Positions 24,422-34,103 of a stretch of DNA of 64,000 nucleotides are shown one piece after another. Positions within the stretch are counted from its first letter, which is position 1. Each line of letters opens with the position of its first letter. The stretch covers positions 2,849 to 66,848 of the forward strand of contig DATIHO010000048.1 of the NCBI GenBank assembly GCA_035480615.1, in the 5' to 3' direction. Position numbers and translations under genes: made by a program. Source of the stretch: Chlamydiales bacterium. Lineage in GTDB: Bacteria > Chlamydiota > Chlamydiia > Chlamydiales > SM23-39. The notes beneath the pieces were generated by a model that made no database searches, was not told the origin of the DNA, and worked only from the letters and a program-made list of their open reading frames with translations.

Positions 24422-25384
24422 ATGGAGGACCACATGTCAAACCAAGTTAGCAGTGATGTTTGCAACTTAAGCCTCATTTATAATGAGAACTATCAATATT
24501 CTTTACCTCAAAAAGTTTTGGAGAGTTTTCTATCTGGAAAAGCATTTGATAATCCTGAAGTTTATACAGGTGAAGAATCTGAAAGATTGCGTAGCGATAT
24601 TAACGCATTATGGCAAGGGATTTTGGCAACCAATCCTGTCAGAAAAAATTTAGCTATTATCACAGCTGGCGCACCAGGAGCTGGTAAGACCATCAAGCTA
24701 AGACAAGATTTAGAGGCAAATGCAAGCAAAGGTAGAACCTATGCCTATGTATGCCCTGACGACGTTTGTTTAAAGAATCAGACAAGAACATATGTTGCAG
24801 ACCTTGCAAGTAGCGATGATTCAACGGCTGCCAGACAAAGCGTATATAATAAATGGCGTCCAGGATCTAATGCTGCGACACATTTAATTTTAGGGAACTT
24901 AATTCGAGAAAAGTACGCATTTTACTTTGGATCAACCTCATCGCATCCCGCAACAGGCAAATTTTTTGAATTCCTCAAAGCTCAGGGGTACACCATCAGC
25001 TTGATTCATGTATCGGCTCCAGAGGGCGTTTGCTGGGATTCTATACAAGAACAAAACAAAACCTTTGTAAACACAACAGAACAAGATGTAAAAGAAAAAG
25101 GGTTACTAACTCCTCAAAGGATTAACGACACATTTTTAAAATATGCTGACCAAATTGAGTTTTACTATCGTGACGATGTTAAACAAGATGCGGTATTAGC
25201 TGCTCGGTGGCTTAGAACTGAAGATGCTTCCGAATGTGCTGGAACACTTCAAATTCTTGAACCTAAACAATATGAACAGATTAAATTGGTTCATAATGCC
25301 GCTGTAGGGGTTCTTCAGAAGCCCGAACTTCTTTGGGAAGATGCTGTTGAATCTAAATCTAAAGTTTTAGCAATGACTCTTTAG
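24422..25384 (+). CDS. Zeta-toxin-like P-loop kinase (AAA_33/Zeta_toxin-like), with no recognisable partner
   Basis: A Walker A motif (ITAGAPGAGKT) is followed by YVCPDD and then ISLIHVSAPEGVCW blocks, arranged as in zeta toxin/UNAG-kinase family proteins. The start is set at MEDHMSNQ; the listed ORF begins 90 nt earlier. Confidence 0.45.
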   Translation: MEDHMSNQVSSDVCNLSLIYNENYQYSLPQKVLESFLSGKAFDNPEVYTGEESERLRSDINALWQGILATNPVRKNLAIITAGAPGAGKTIKLRQDLEANASKGRTYAYVCPDDVCLKNQTRTYVADLASSDDSTAARQSVYNKWRPGSNAATHLILGNLIREKYAFYFGSTSSHPATGKFFEFLKAQGYTISLIHVSAPEGVCWDSIQEQNKTFVNTTEQDVKEKGLLTPQRINDTFLKYADQIEFYYRDDVKQDAVLAARWLRTEDASECAGTLQILEPKQYEQIKLVHNAAVGVLQKPELLWEDAVESKSKVLAMTL

Positions 25385-25499
25385 TCTGTGGCTCTGGTTC
25401 CAGATAGGAGCAGGGCTTGTTAACGAAAAAAGACGAGAAAACCGATCACTCAGTAAGAGGGTCGGTTTTTTTAGCTCTTGTGAAAAGCGATTCTTCAAG

Positions 25500-25661
25500 T
25501 AATACCATTTATCAAAAATAAGTTCACTTTGGCAAGGAAGCTGCACAAATTTTTGTGTCTGGAGCGAGCGACCATTGCCTATGGCCAAGGCGCGAGTATA
25601 CCCAAAAATTTGTTGCAAAGCTGACGTAGCCAAAGTGAACTTATTTTTGATAAGTGGTATA
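25500..25661. repeat. Long imperfect palindrome P3 (~162 bp) with a non-palindromic core shared with P4
   Basis: The arms are taataccatttatcaaaaataagttcactttgg... and ...ccaaagtgaacttatttttgataagtggtata. The core (25550-25608) is about 55/59 identical to 55791-55848. Confidence 0.85.
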
Positions 25662-25778
25662 AAATGCCTATTTCGCAGATCATATTTTTCTTTTCATGCA
25701 GCTTTTTGTTTCATGCGTATTGACAAAAAAAGGGAGGTTGTTTACAATACCTTCATATTTTGGTTATGGAAGGCAAAT

Positions 25779-26219
25779 ATGGTTGAAGTTAGAGGTGCTA
25801 CATATAGTAAAAGATCCAATACTACCGCTTCTTGTACCCCAAATCCATGTGCTCCTTCTCCTTGTACGACAAGGGTGATTCGCACAGGCCCTAGCTATAT
25901 TCGTTCCTCGTTTCCCACTTCTTTTTTCCCTTCCTATCCCGTGTACGCCAATCCAACTCCACCCGTGGTCATCCACTCGTCCCCAACTCCTGTTGTAGTA
26001 AGTTCGCCCTATGAGCAGGTGGTTGTTGTCCGGGATGAAGAAGCGAAAAGGCGGGACGCCATTATTGGAGCCCTGGTGATCGGTACTATTCTTCTGGTTG
26101 TAGTTGCAGCCGCCGCAGTGTCTATTTCTCGAGATTGTAGATTGATCCGGGAAGATTGCACGCCTCCCGATCTATTTGGAGATCAATGGTGCACGCCCAT
26201 TTACGACTGTAAATGGTAA
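25779..26219 (+). CDS. Hypothetical Cys/Pro-rich single-pass membrane protein
   Basis: 146 aa counted from the internal ATG (MVEVRGATYSKR...). It has one TM segment (AIIGALVIGTILLVVVAAAAV) and Cys-rich ends. The part of the listed ORF upstream of this ATG runs through palindrome P3. Confidence 0.4.
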   Translation: MVEVRGATYSKRSNTTASCTPNPCAPSPCTTRVIRTGPSYIRSSFPTSFFPSYPVYANPTPPVVIHSSPTPVVVSSPYEQVVVVRDEEAKRRDAIIGALVIGTILLVVVAAAAVSISRDCRLIREDCTPPDLFGDQWCTPIYDCKW

Positions 26220-26292
26220 GAAGCTGTACTAATACCAATCGCAACAAATAACTTCATATTTGAGCCGATTTTCGATCAAAATTTAGACAACT

Positions 26293-26351
26293 TTGAATAA
26301 GCCGATGCGTTTTTGCTTTCCGAGCTTGCGAGGACGCATCGGCTTATTCAA
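26293..26351. terminator. Perfect 18-bp inverted repeat (TTGAATAAGCCGATGCGT-N23-ACGCATCGGCTTATTCAA); possible bidirectional terminator
   Basis: Read directly between the convergent genes ending at 26219 (+) and 26344 (-). There is no clean U-tract, so it is not a canonical intrinsic terminator. Confidence 0.35.
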
Positions 26352-27582
26352 AACTCGCGTTACGCCGGCTCCGGAAATGATGAACGCACGCAAGAATTCC
26401 GGTTCCAATGAGACAGAGGCTGCTCGCCAGCAAGGGACTTTTTTCACTAATGGCAGCGAAAGAACCCGCCAATATGGAGCTGACGAACATGCCAAAAGAC
26501 ATCAGCGACTGCGAAACCCCAAACACTTTCCCCTGATTCTCTTTGCCAGCGAGGTTGGAAAGTAAAGCCAGGATGCTGTTCCAAAGAATAGACCCTCCCA
26601 TCGCCAAGCATGGCAAAATGACATACCACCACATGGTTGTGGGTGTATAAGCCAAAGCCGCTACCAACACTCCAACAATCGGCAAAACACCCAAGATGAA
26701 TACTTCCGGGAGAAAGCAAAGAGCCAGCCCCCTGTTCATAGCTGTAGCACCGATCAGCCAAAAAATAGCCTGATATCCGGAGAATAACCCAATCACTGTC
26801 TGATCCACGTGGAAATGCTGCACTAGCAAAGCTGGGTAAAAAAGAATGAAAAAACCCCATCCCAGGAAAAACAGGCCAGAGATTACAAGCCACCCGCTCA
26901 TCTGTGGTATTCTGGAAAGTTTCGAGAGATCTCTTATTTCCTGTTTCCAGTCATGTTTTTCTCGGTGGTCTTTCACCCGAGTTTCAGAAAAACCCCATAC
27001 GATCCAGACATAGTTAATAAAGAAAAGCGCCGCAGCAAACCAGAGCGGAGTGGAAAAATCCGCCCAAGCAAAATATGTATGAGAAGAGAGAATGCCCCCA
27101 AGAGGCGGCCCTACAATCCAAGATATTCCTCCGGCAATTCCGGATAGCGCCAGATTTTTTCCTTTTTCCCTCTCGGAACTCATGTCGGCAATTGCAGCCT
27201 GGGCAGTGGCTGCATTCGCCGAACAAATTCCTGCAAGAATACGCGAGATCACAAGGCATACAATGCTTCCCCACCATACGGACAGCGCCGATAAAACAAA
27301 CGTCAAAGCGCCGCTTAAAATCGTCCACTCGAGCACTTTTTTTCTTCCCAAATGATCTGATAGAGCGCCAATAAAAGGCATAAAAAGAAATTGGGTAAAT
27401 GGATAACAGGCGATGAGAAACCCTAGCAACACATTGCGTTTTTCTATGCTTGTATCTGCAGGCAAAAACCCATTATTCACATCCAGAACCAAGGGAGCGA
27501 AAATCGTCAAGACAATCCCCCATCCCAACCCATCGTTAAACATCGTAAAAATGAGCGAGTAGAAGGAGCGCTTTCGAATCAT
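26344..27582 (-). CDS. MFS transporter (DHA1/tetracycline-resistance-like)
   Basis: 12 predicted TM segments. An MFS motif-A-like sequence (GALSDHLGRKKV) follows TM2. Confidence 0.8.
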   Translation of the reverse strand: MIRKRSFYSLIFTMFNDGLGWGIVLTIFAPLVLDVNNGFLPADTSIEKRNVLLGFLIACYPFTQFLFMPFIGALSDHLGRKKVLEWTILSGALTFVLSALSVWWGSIVCLVISRILAGICSANAATAQAAIADMSSEREKGKNLALSGIAGGISWIVGPPLGGILSSHTYFAWADFSTPLWFAAALFFINYVWIVWGFSETRVKDHREKHDWKQEIRDLSKLSRIPQMSGWLVISGLFFLGWGFFILFYPALLVQHFHVDQTVIGLFSGYQAIFWLIGATAMNRGLALCFLPEVFILGVLPIVGVLVAALAYTPTTMWWYVILPCLAMGGSILWNSILALLSNLAGKENQGKVFGVSQSLMSFGMFVSSILAGSFAAISEKSPLLASSLCLIGTGILACVHHFRSRRNASFE

Positions 27583-28292
27583 TGAACCGCAATCCCTAAA
27601 TGTTGCATTGCGTCTTTTAAGTCGTGAATCACAATATCAGGCTTCCAGTCGAAAGGATTAGGAAGCTTTTGAGGATTATACCAACAAAAAGGAATTTGTA
27701 AATTTCTGGCCCCTTGCCCATCGCTTGTTAAAGAATCGCCGATCATCAGAGTTTGAGAGGGCTCGGAAGGGATCAGATCAAGCGCTGTTTGAAAAATTTT
27801 AGGGTGAGGTTTGGCAACGCCACATTCTTCAGAGACGACCATGATTTGCGAAAAACGGGAAAACCCTAATTTTTTTTGTTTATTGCGCTGTAAATGAGTA
27901 AATCCATTGGTGACAAATGCAATGGGAATGGAAAAGGATTGTAATGTTTCGAGCAATTCCTCAGCCCCTTCAATCCACTCTGCGTGCAAAATGAGCTGGT
28001 GTTCATAAAACTGGACAATTTCCGGCAAAAATGGGATCTGATAATGATCTGCAATGTGTTTAAAGCGGAGATTTGCAATAGCAGATGTTAAGATTTTTCC
28101 CTCTTCGACGAGATTCCAAAGATTGCGATTCACATCAATGTAATGAGCATAAAAAGCATCCCAAAAACTGAGATGATGAAAGTATTTTGCGTAACATTTC
28201 CTCAGAGAAATTGATTCGCTTTTTTTAAAATCAATCAATGTATCATCTAAATCGAAAAGCACTGCTTTATATCGAATATCTTTAGAATGCAT
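27579..28292 (-). CDS. HAD-IA family hydrolase (YjjG-like nucleotidase)
   Basis: HAD motifs are present: AVLFDLDDTLIDF, VTNG, and IGDSLTSDGQGARN. Confidence 0.8.
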   Translation of the reverse strand: MHSKDIRYKAVLFDLDDTLIDFKKSESISLRKCYAKYFHHLSFWDAFYAHYIDVNRNLWNLVEEGKILTSAIANLRFKHIADHYQIPFLPEIVQFYEHQLILHAEWIEGAEELLETLQSFSIPIAFVTNGFTHLQRNKQKKLGFSRFSQIMVVSEECGVAKPHPKIFQTALDLIPSEPSQTLMIGDSLTSDGQGARNLQIPFCWYNPQKLPNPFDWKPDIVIHDLKDAMQHLGIAVQ

Positions 28293-28303
28293 AATAGACT
28301 TAA

Positions 28304-29149
28304 TTAATCGATTTCATAAAGAGGAGCTGAGAGACGCTTGCCATTGAGAGCATTCCAATAACTCGTCATCTGGGTTCCATCCGGATTTTGAACGATAATG
28401 CAAAAAATCGGTAAAAAAATCTCCGTCGTTTTGCGAATGGCAAAATCATTGCCGAACGCAGCCTGGGTAATCGCTTCAATTTGAGAAGGCCGATACCTTT
28501 TTTTTACACGGATTGCTTTTTTTGTTGGCTTGGTAACAAGCCAATGTTCGAGTTTGGTTTCTGGAATGACCATAAGCCGAGGATTTTGCAAATGCAGCCG
28601 GTACGTATTGCCGGCTTGAACAATTAAGCTTTTTTTTCTACAGCTGTCAATCCATGCATCGAGAATATGATTTTCGATGTTTAAAAATTTAGAAAGTCCA
28701 TCGCGATCCCAGGAACCTCCCCGAGACGCAAGAGCATTAATGACCTTGAATTCTTGCCTCGTTGCATTTGCAGCGATGCAATCCGTAAATCCATGAGTCC
28801 TTTCCCATGTGCTGGTGTTGACGACCATTTCCCCATCGACAAGACCCCATAGAATCACCCCTTCTCCGGTTTTGTCTTGCGATCGCGTATATTTCACATC
28901 CATCAGAAGGTAGGGGACGAATTTGAGCGTCGGTTCGAGAAAAACATGGGCATTATCCGATAGAAGCTCCATGCGATGCGCTTCCATGATGCTTTCAGCG
29001 GTATAATGCACTTCGAGCGTCTGAAATGTATCTGCTGTAAAAAAATCTTCAATTTTCGAGCTGACTCCAGGGAAAAAATTCCAGGCCCAATACCCGACCA
29101 GTCCAAGCGCACACAAAAAAACAAGCAAGCCGGTTCGCTGCATCGACAT
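28304..29149 (-). CDS. Hypothetical N-terminally membrane-anchored protein
   Basis: 281-aa ORF with one N-terminal TM segment. It sits in an operon-like arrangement downstream of rho. No family recognised. Confidence 0.5.
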   Translation of the reverse strand: MSMQRTGLLVFLCALGLVGYWAWNFFPGVSSKIEDFFTADTFQTLEVHYTAESIMEAHRMELLSDNAHVFLEPTLKFVPYLLMDVKYTRSQDKTGEGVILWGLVDGEMVVNTSTWERTHGFTDCIAANATRQEFKVINALASRGGSWDRDGLSKFLNIENHILDAWIDSCRKKSLIVQAGNTYRLHLQNPRLMVIPETKLEHWLVTKPTKKAIRVKKRYRPSQIEAITQAAFGNDFAIRKTTEIFLPIFCIIVQNPDGTQMTSYWNALNGKRLSAPLYEID

Positions 29150-29167
29150 AATTTCTTTTTACTGGTA

Positions 29168-30496
29168 TCAATCTTTCATAGAAAGAAGAAATTCTGCATT
29201 GGTGGCGGTTTTTTTCAATCTAGCCAGCAAAAGATTCATTGCGTCTATTGGGGTCAAATCGGCGATTCCCTGGCGCAAAAGATAAATTTTCGGCAGCTCG
29301 GCCGGATGGAATAAAAGCTCTTCTTTTCGAGTCCCGCTTTTAATCAGATCGATCGCCGGGAACAGCCTCCGGTCGGCAAGGCGCCGATCCAAGACAAGCT
29401 CCATATTCCCGGTTCCTTTAAACTCCTCGAAAATCACCTCATCCATCCGCGAGCCGGTATCAATAAGGGCGGTGGCAATGATTGTCAGAGAACCGCCCTG
29501 CTCAACATTTCGTGCGGCTCCAAAAAACCGTTTTGGCTTATGAAGGGCATTGGCATCGACGCCTCCTGTGAGGATCTTTCCGGAATGGGGCTGCACCGTA
29601 TTGTAAGCGCGGGCAAGCCGCGTAATATTATCGAGCAGAATGACTACATCATAGCCGCATTCAACGAGGCGGCGCGCTTTTTCTATCACCATTTCGGCAA
29701 TTTGCACATGCCTTTCCGGCGGCTCATCGAATGTAGAGGCGATCACTTCCCCTTTGACCGTGCGGATCATATCCGTCACCTCTTCAGGCCGTTCATCAAT
29801 GAGAAGAACGAGAAGAATGACTTCGGGGTTATTGAGTTCGATGGCATTGGCGATGTTTTGCATCAAAATCGTCTTTCCCGATTTTGGAGGCGCGACAATC
29901 AATGCTCTTTGGCCCTTGCCGATAGGAGAAGCAAGGTCCAGGACGCGCGTAGAAAGCCTTTCCCTACTCGTCTCCATCACAAGCCGCTTATTGGGATAAA
30001 GCGGGGTCAGGTTTTCAAAAAGGACGCGGTCGCGAGTTTGTTCGAACGTTTTTCCATTGATCCGCTCCACTTTCAGCATGGCAAAATACTTTTCTTTATC
30101 TTTTGGAGAGCGGATGGACCCGAAGATGGTATCTCCTTTCCGCAAATCAAAACGGCGGATCTGGGCTGGAGATACATAAATATCTTCAGCGGAAGGAAGA
30201 TAATTGTAATTGGGGGAGCGGAGAAATCCAAATCCATCGGGCAAAACCTCAAGAACACCCTCTCCATATAACACTTCATTGGGCCGCTCGGAGATGGTTT
30301 TCACAATCTCAAACACCACCCCCGATTTGGTCAAAGGGGCGGTATGTTTGAGGCCGATGCTGCGGGCGTATGCTTGAAGCTGATCGATATTCATCCGTTG
30401 CAAATCGGAAATTCGAGTCACAGCTTCAAAATTTTGAGAGGATTGTTCGGGAGAGGAAAGATTATTTTTGGATTCGGTTTGTTGATCTTGATTCAT
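29168..30496 (-). CDS. rho: Transcription termination factor Rho
   Basis: A Rho_N and cold-shock-like RNA-binding region ([14 protein letters not shown]) is followed by the ATPase core ([36 protein letters not shown]). Confidence 0.95.
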   Translation of the reverse strand: MNQDQQTESKNNLSSPEQSSQNFEAVTRISDLQRMNIDQLQAYARSIGLKHTAPLTKSGVVFEIVKTISERPNEVLYGEGVLEVLPDGFGFLRSPNYNYLPSAEDIYVSPAQIRRFDLRKGDTIFGSIRSPKDKEKYFAMLKVERINGKTFEQTRDRVLFENLTPLYPNKRLVMETSRERLSTRVLDLASPIGKGQRALIVAPPKSGKTILMQNIANAIELNNPEVILLVLLIDERPEEVTDMIRTVKGEVIASTFDEPPERHVQIAEMVIEKARRLVECGYDVVILLDNITRLARAYNTVQPHSGKILTGGVDANALHKPKRFFGAARNVEQGGSLTIIATALIDTGSRMDEVIFEEFKGTGNMELVLDRRLADRRLFPAIDLIKSGTRKEELLFHPAELPKIYLLRQGIADLTPIDAMNLLLARLKKTATNAEFLLSMKD

Positions 30497-30508
30497 GTAG
30501 GATTTGCC

Positions 30509-31105
30509 TTAGGTTAGAATTTTGTTCAATGCAACGACCTGATTTTTTAAATCATCTATCGTTCCATTATTTTCGATGGTAAAATGGGCCCGTTTTGCTT
30601 TTATGCCGGGATATAATTGCCGCTTCATTCTTCGGTCATATTCTTCTAAAGTGAAGCCCGCCTGCTGAAATCTTCGACGGGCAATCGCATCATCCGCCAA
30701 CACAGTAATGACCCAGTCATAAAATGATTCTCCCCGAATTTCAAAAAGCAAAGGAATCTCTACCACAAATGACGTGTATTTTCCCGAATCACATTGTTTC
30801 AAATACAGTTCTTCGATTGTGCGAAGAACAGCCGGATGCAAAAGCTTTTCCAGCTTTTCGAGCTGTTGCGGATCTTTAAAAACCTTTTCTGCTAACATCC
30901 GTCGGTTTATTTTCGCTTCAATTAAAATGTCTGAGCCGAATTGCCGGATAATTTGCTGCCCGAGATCGGTGTCGGAATCGAGCAGGGCATGAGCAATCGC
31001 GTCTGCATTGACAACGAAAGCTCCCAGCTCCCTGAAGATCCGGCAAACGGTACTTTTTCCGCTTGCTACTCCACCTGTGATAGCAATTTTCTTCAACTTT
31101 AACAT
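30509..31105 (-). CDS. coaE: Dephospho-CoA kinase
   Basis: The P-loop is ITGGVASGKST. Length (198 aa) and layout are typical of CoaE. It overlaps polA by 7 bp. Confidence 0.9.
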   Translation of the reverse strand: MLKLKKIAITGGVASGKSTVCRIFRELGAFVVNADAIAHALLDSDTDLGQQIIRQFGSDILIEAKINRRMLAEKVFKDPQQLEKLEKLLHPAVLRTIEELYLKQCDSGKYTSFVVEIPLLFEIRGESFYDWVITVLADDAIARRRFQQAGFTLEEYDRRMKRQLYPGIKAKRAHFTIENNGTIDDLKNQVVALNKILT

Positions 31106-33765
31106 TCAGCCCAATTTTTGCCAACGGCCATTTGCACTACAATTGGGACATTTAAAGATAAAACCCCCTCCATTTTTTCCTTTACAATTTTTTGCATTGT
31201 CTCAAGCTCTGGATCAGGCGCTTCAAAAATCAATTCATCATGGATCTGGAGAATCATTTTTGATTCCAACTTTCGGCTTTCCAATTCCCGGTCGATTTCA
31301 ATCATGGCCATTTTGATGAGGTCGGCAGCAGTCCCTTGCAAAGGGGTATTGACCGCGAGCCTTTCCGCCGCGGAGCGAATGGCAGGATTTTTATTGTGAA
31401 TTTCGGGGATCGGTCGCTGTCTTCCCGTGAGGGTCGTAACAAATCCCATTTTGCGCGCCTCTGTTTTGCACGATTCGAGATAGTCTGAAATCTTAGGGTA
31501 TCTATTAAAATATTTTTTAATAAAATCTGACGCTTCTTTTATGGAAATTCCAAGCTGTTTCGAAAGTCCAAACGGGCCCTGCCCATAGATGATGCCGAAA
31601 TTGACGGTTTTTGCCGCGTCTCTCATTTCGGAAGTAACCATAGAAGGGGGAATGTCATAGACAAGAGATGCGGTATGGGTATGAATATCCTGGCCTGATG
31701 AAAACGCGCGGATCAGCTCCTCATCTTTGCTAAAATGGGCTAAAAGGCGCAGCTCGATTTGTGAATAATCGGCGCCGATGTAAGACCAGCTGGGGCGCTC
31801 GGGCTTGAAACAGCGCCTGATGGCGAGCCCCTCATTGGAACGGACCGGAATATTTTGAAGATTTGGATTTTGGCAAGAGAGGCGTCCCGTGGCTGCGACG
31901 GATTGGCTGAAGGTGCAATGAATTCGCTGCGTGCGGGGCAAAACGGATGTGGGAAGAGCTTCGATATATGTGGAGCGGAGTTTTTCCAGTCCTCGATAGT
32001 CCAAAAGAAGCTTGGCGATCGGATGCCGGACAGCTAAAGCTTCAAGCACATCGGCTCCGGTTGAAAATTCCGTTTTCTTACGAAACGGCTGCTTGAATCC
32101 CATCTTGACAAAGAGAATTTCACTGAGCTGTTTCGGCGAGTTAAGATTGAATTCCGCTTTTGCTTCTTGAAAAATCTTTTGCCTGAGGTGTTCCAGTTGA
32201 TGCAACTGATTTGCTCCCAATTGCTTGAGCTGCTCCACATCCAAATAAATTCCGGTTCGTTCCATTTTGGCTAGAATGGGCAAAAGCGGTATTTCAATAT
32301 CAGAGAGAAGCTTTGTGAGATTTTTTTCCTCAAGCTCCTTTTCAAACAGTTCTTTCAGCCGTATTGTGTAGTCAACGTCTTCGCAACAATAAGCAGACAC
32401 TTTTTGGATCTCTACATCCATCATGGAAATTTGCTGTTTTCCTTTTCCAATCAAATCGGCAATCGGAGTTTTTATTTTTTTGAATTTCTCAAGCGCAAGT
32501 TCATCCAATCCGTGCCGCCGGTTTTGAGGATTCAAAAGGTAAGAAGCAATCAGAGTGTCAAAGGAGATGGAAGATAGGTGAATTCCCTCATTTTCCAACA
32601 CATGGAGATCGTATTTTATATTATGTCCGAAAAAGGAACATTGCGAAGATTGAAAAAAAGCTTTCAGTAAAGAGATTGTTTTCTCTCCCAATTTTCCGTT
32701 GCGGGGAACATACCACGCTTCTTTAGGCCCCAAACCAAACCCGATTCCGACAAGAGCGGCTGTCATCGGCGATACAGAGGTAGTTTCCGTATCAATACAA
32801 ACCTGGCGCTGGCCTGCCAACTTTTCAAAAAGCCTTTTCAGCTCCTCTTCCTCGTCAATGAAATGGTATACGGCTTGAAGATGCTTTTCCGGTTTTTTAG
32901 AGGAAGTTTTGATTTCTCCCATATCGCGCAAAAGAGATAGGAATTTCATCCGGTGATAAAATTCGGTCAGGGCATTTCTATCGATTTCTTTGATTTCGTA
33001 AAATGTCTCGTTTTTTGGAACTTCCACACTTAAGTTTAAAGTGGCGAGTTCGCGGCTCATCAACGCCTGGGATTTATTGGCTCGAAGGATTTGTTGTTTT
33101 TTTTCTCCTTTGATTTTTTCAGGATGGGCTAAAATCACATCCAAAGCACCCAATTCGGCAAGCAAAGCAGACGCGGTCTTTGGGCCAAATCCGGGAATGC
33201 CCGGAATATTGTCAGACGCATCTCCGACAATGGCTAAATAATCGAGCATTTGATCCGGACGGACGCCGAAGAGCTCCTCAACTTTTTCCGCATTGATCAG
33301 GAGATTGTCTTTATGCGCATGAACCACAAAAACCTTGTCATTGACAAGCTGCATCAAATCCTTGTCGCTCGAGCAAAGATAGACATCGGCTCCCTGCCTC
33401 GCGGCCCATGTGGCAACAGCCGCCATCGTATCGTCCGCTTCTACCCCTTCGACGCAAAGAGTCGAAAGGCCGGCCATCTCGCACCACTCATAGGCCCATT
33501 TAAATTGCGGGTAAAGGTCGGAAGGCGCCTCCTTGCGATGCATTTTATAGTCCGCATACACTGCGAGTCTTGATTTTTTATTATCGGGACCGTCGAATAC
33601 GACGACAAAATGTCCAGGTGAAAAATCTTTGAGCAATTTGTGAATAGAGCGGATAAATCCATATAAGGCGCTGGTCGAGAGTCCTTTATGGTTGAGCATA
33701 GGCCCGATCGCATAATACGATCGAAATAGGTAATTCACCGCGTCGACAATATAGATATTTTCCAC
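31099..33765 (-). CDS. polA: DNA polymerase I
   Basis: A 5' nuclease domain (YLIVGDASDNIPGIPGFGPKTA) is followed by family A polymerase motifs (DYSQIELRLLAH, RDAAKTVNFGIIYG, QIHDELIFE). Confidence 0.95.
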   Translation of the reverse strand: MENIYIVDAVNYLFRSYYAIGPMLNHKGLSTSALYGFIRSIHKLLKDFSPGHFVVVFDGPDNKKSRLAVYADYKMHRKEAPSDLYPQFKWAYEWCEMAGLSTLCVEGVEADDTMAAVATWAARQGADVYLCSSDKDLMQLVNDKVFVVHAHKDNLLINAEKVEELFGVRPDQMLDYLAIVGDASDNIPGIPGFGPKTASALLAELGALDVILAHPEKIKGEKKQQILRANKSQALMSRELATLNLSVEVPKNETFYEIKEIDRNALTEFYHRMKFLSLLRDMGEIKTSSKKPEKHLQAVYHFIDEEEELKRLFEKLAGQRQVCIDTETTSVSPMTAALVGIGFGLGPKEAWYVPRNGKLGEKTISLLKAFFQSSQCSFFGHNIKYDLHVLENEGIHLSSISFDTLIASYLLNPQNRRHGLDELALEKFKKIKTPIADLIGKGKQQISMMDVEIQKVSAYCCEDVDYTIRLKELFEKELEEKNLTKLLSDIEIPLLPILAKMERTGIYLDVEQLKQLGANQLHQLEHLRQKIFQEAKAEFNLNSPKQLSEILFVKMGFKQPFRKKTEFSTGADVLEALAVRHPIAKLLLDYRGLEKLRSTYIEALPTSVLPRTQRIHCTFSQSVAATGRLSCQNPNLQNIPVRSNEGLAIRRCFKPERPSWSYIGADYSQIELRLLAHFSKDEELIRAFSSGQDIHTHTASLVYDIPPSMVTSEMRDAAKTVNFGIIYGQGPFGLSKQLGISIKEASDFIKKYFNRYPKISDYLESCKTEARKMGFVTTLTGRQRPIPEIHNKNPAIRSAAERLAVNTPLQGTAADLIKMAMIEIDRELESRKLESKMILQIHDELIFEAPDPELETMQKIVKEKMEGVLSLNVPIVVQMAVGKNWAEC

Positions 33766-34103
33766 CTTTCCGCTCCTTCAATTTCCGCGCAGAAAAAAAA
33801 CTTGTTGATTTATAGATTAGCAAATCCTTATTAGGGAAATAAAGAAGAGATAATGATCTTGGGATGTATTGCATGATCCGGAATCGGCACACGGAAAAAT
33901 GGGAAAAATACAGGAGCGAAAACTTTTTTCAGCATTTTTCTTGATTAAATTTATCCGCAGGCTTAAAAAATAAAGTAATAACCAAAATTGCCTTCGGAGA
34001 CTGCATGAAAGATGCATCGCTGAAAAGCAGATGGGTGGATATGAAAAAAAAAGAAACAATCTTAGCGCAAGCTAAAAACCTTCTTCCAAAACGGAGAGCA
34101 ACA

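Noticed and set aside
23684-24477. Two minus-strand ORFs (150 aa and 114 aa) in the accessory islet
   Set aside because: They traverse hairpin module E, palindrome P2 and the antisense strand of the antitoxin fragment and the zeta-like gene start. They show no coding signature.
29540-30271. 243-aa + strand ORF
   Set aside because: It lies entirely antisense to rho, whose identity is unambiguous. It is a shadow ORF.
33941-33969. Sigma-70-like promoter (TTGATT-N17-TAAAAA) upstream of the large porin gene
   Set aside because: It is a plausible consensus match, but the region is AT-rich and such matches are frequent. There is no supporting evidence, so it is not reported as a feature.
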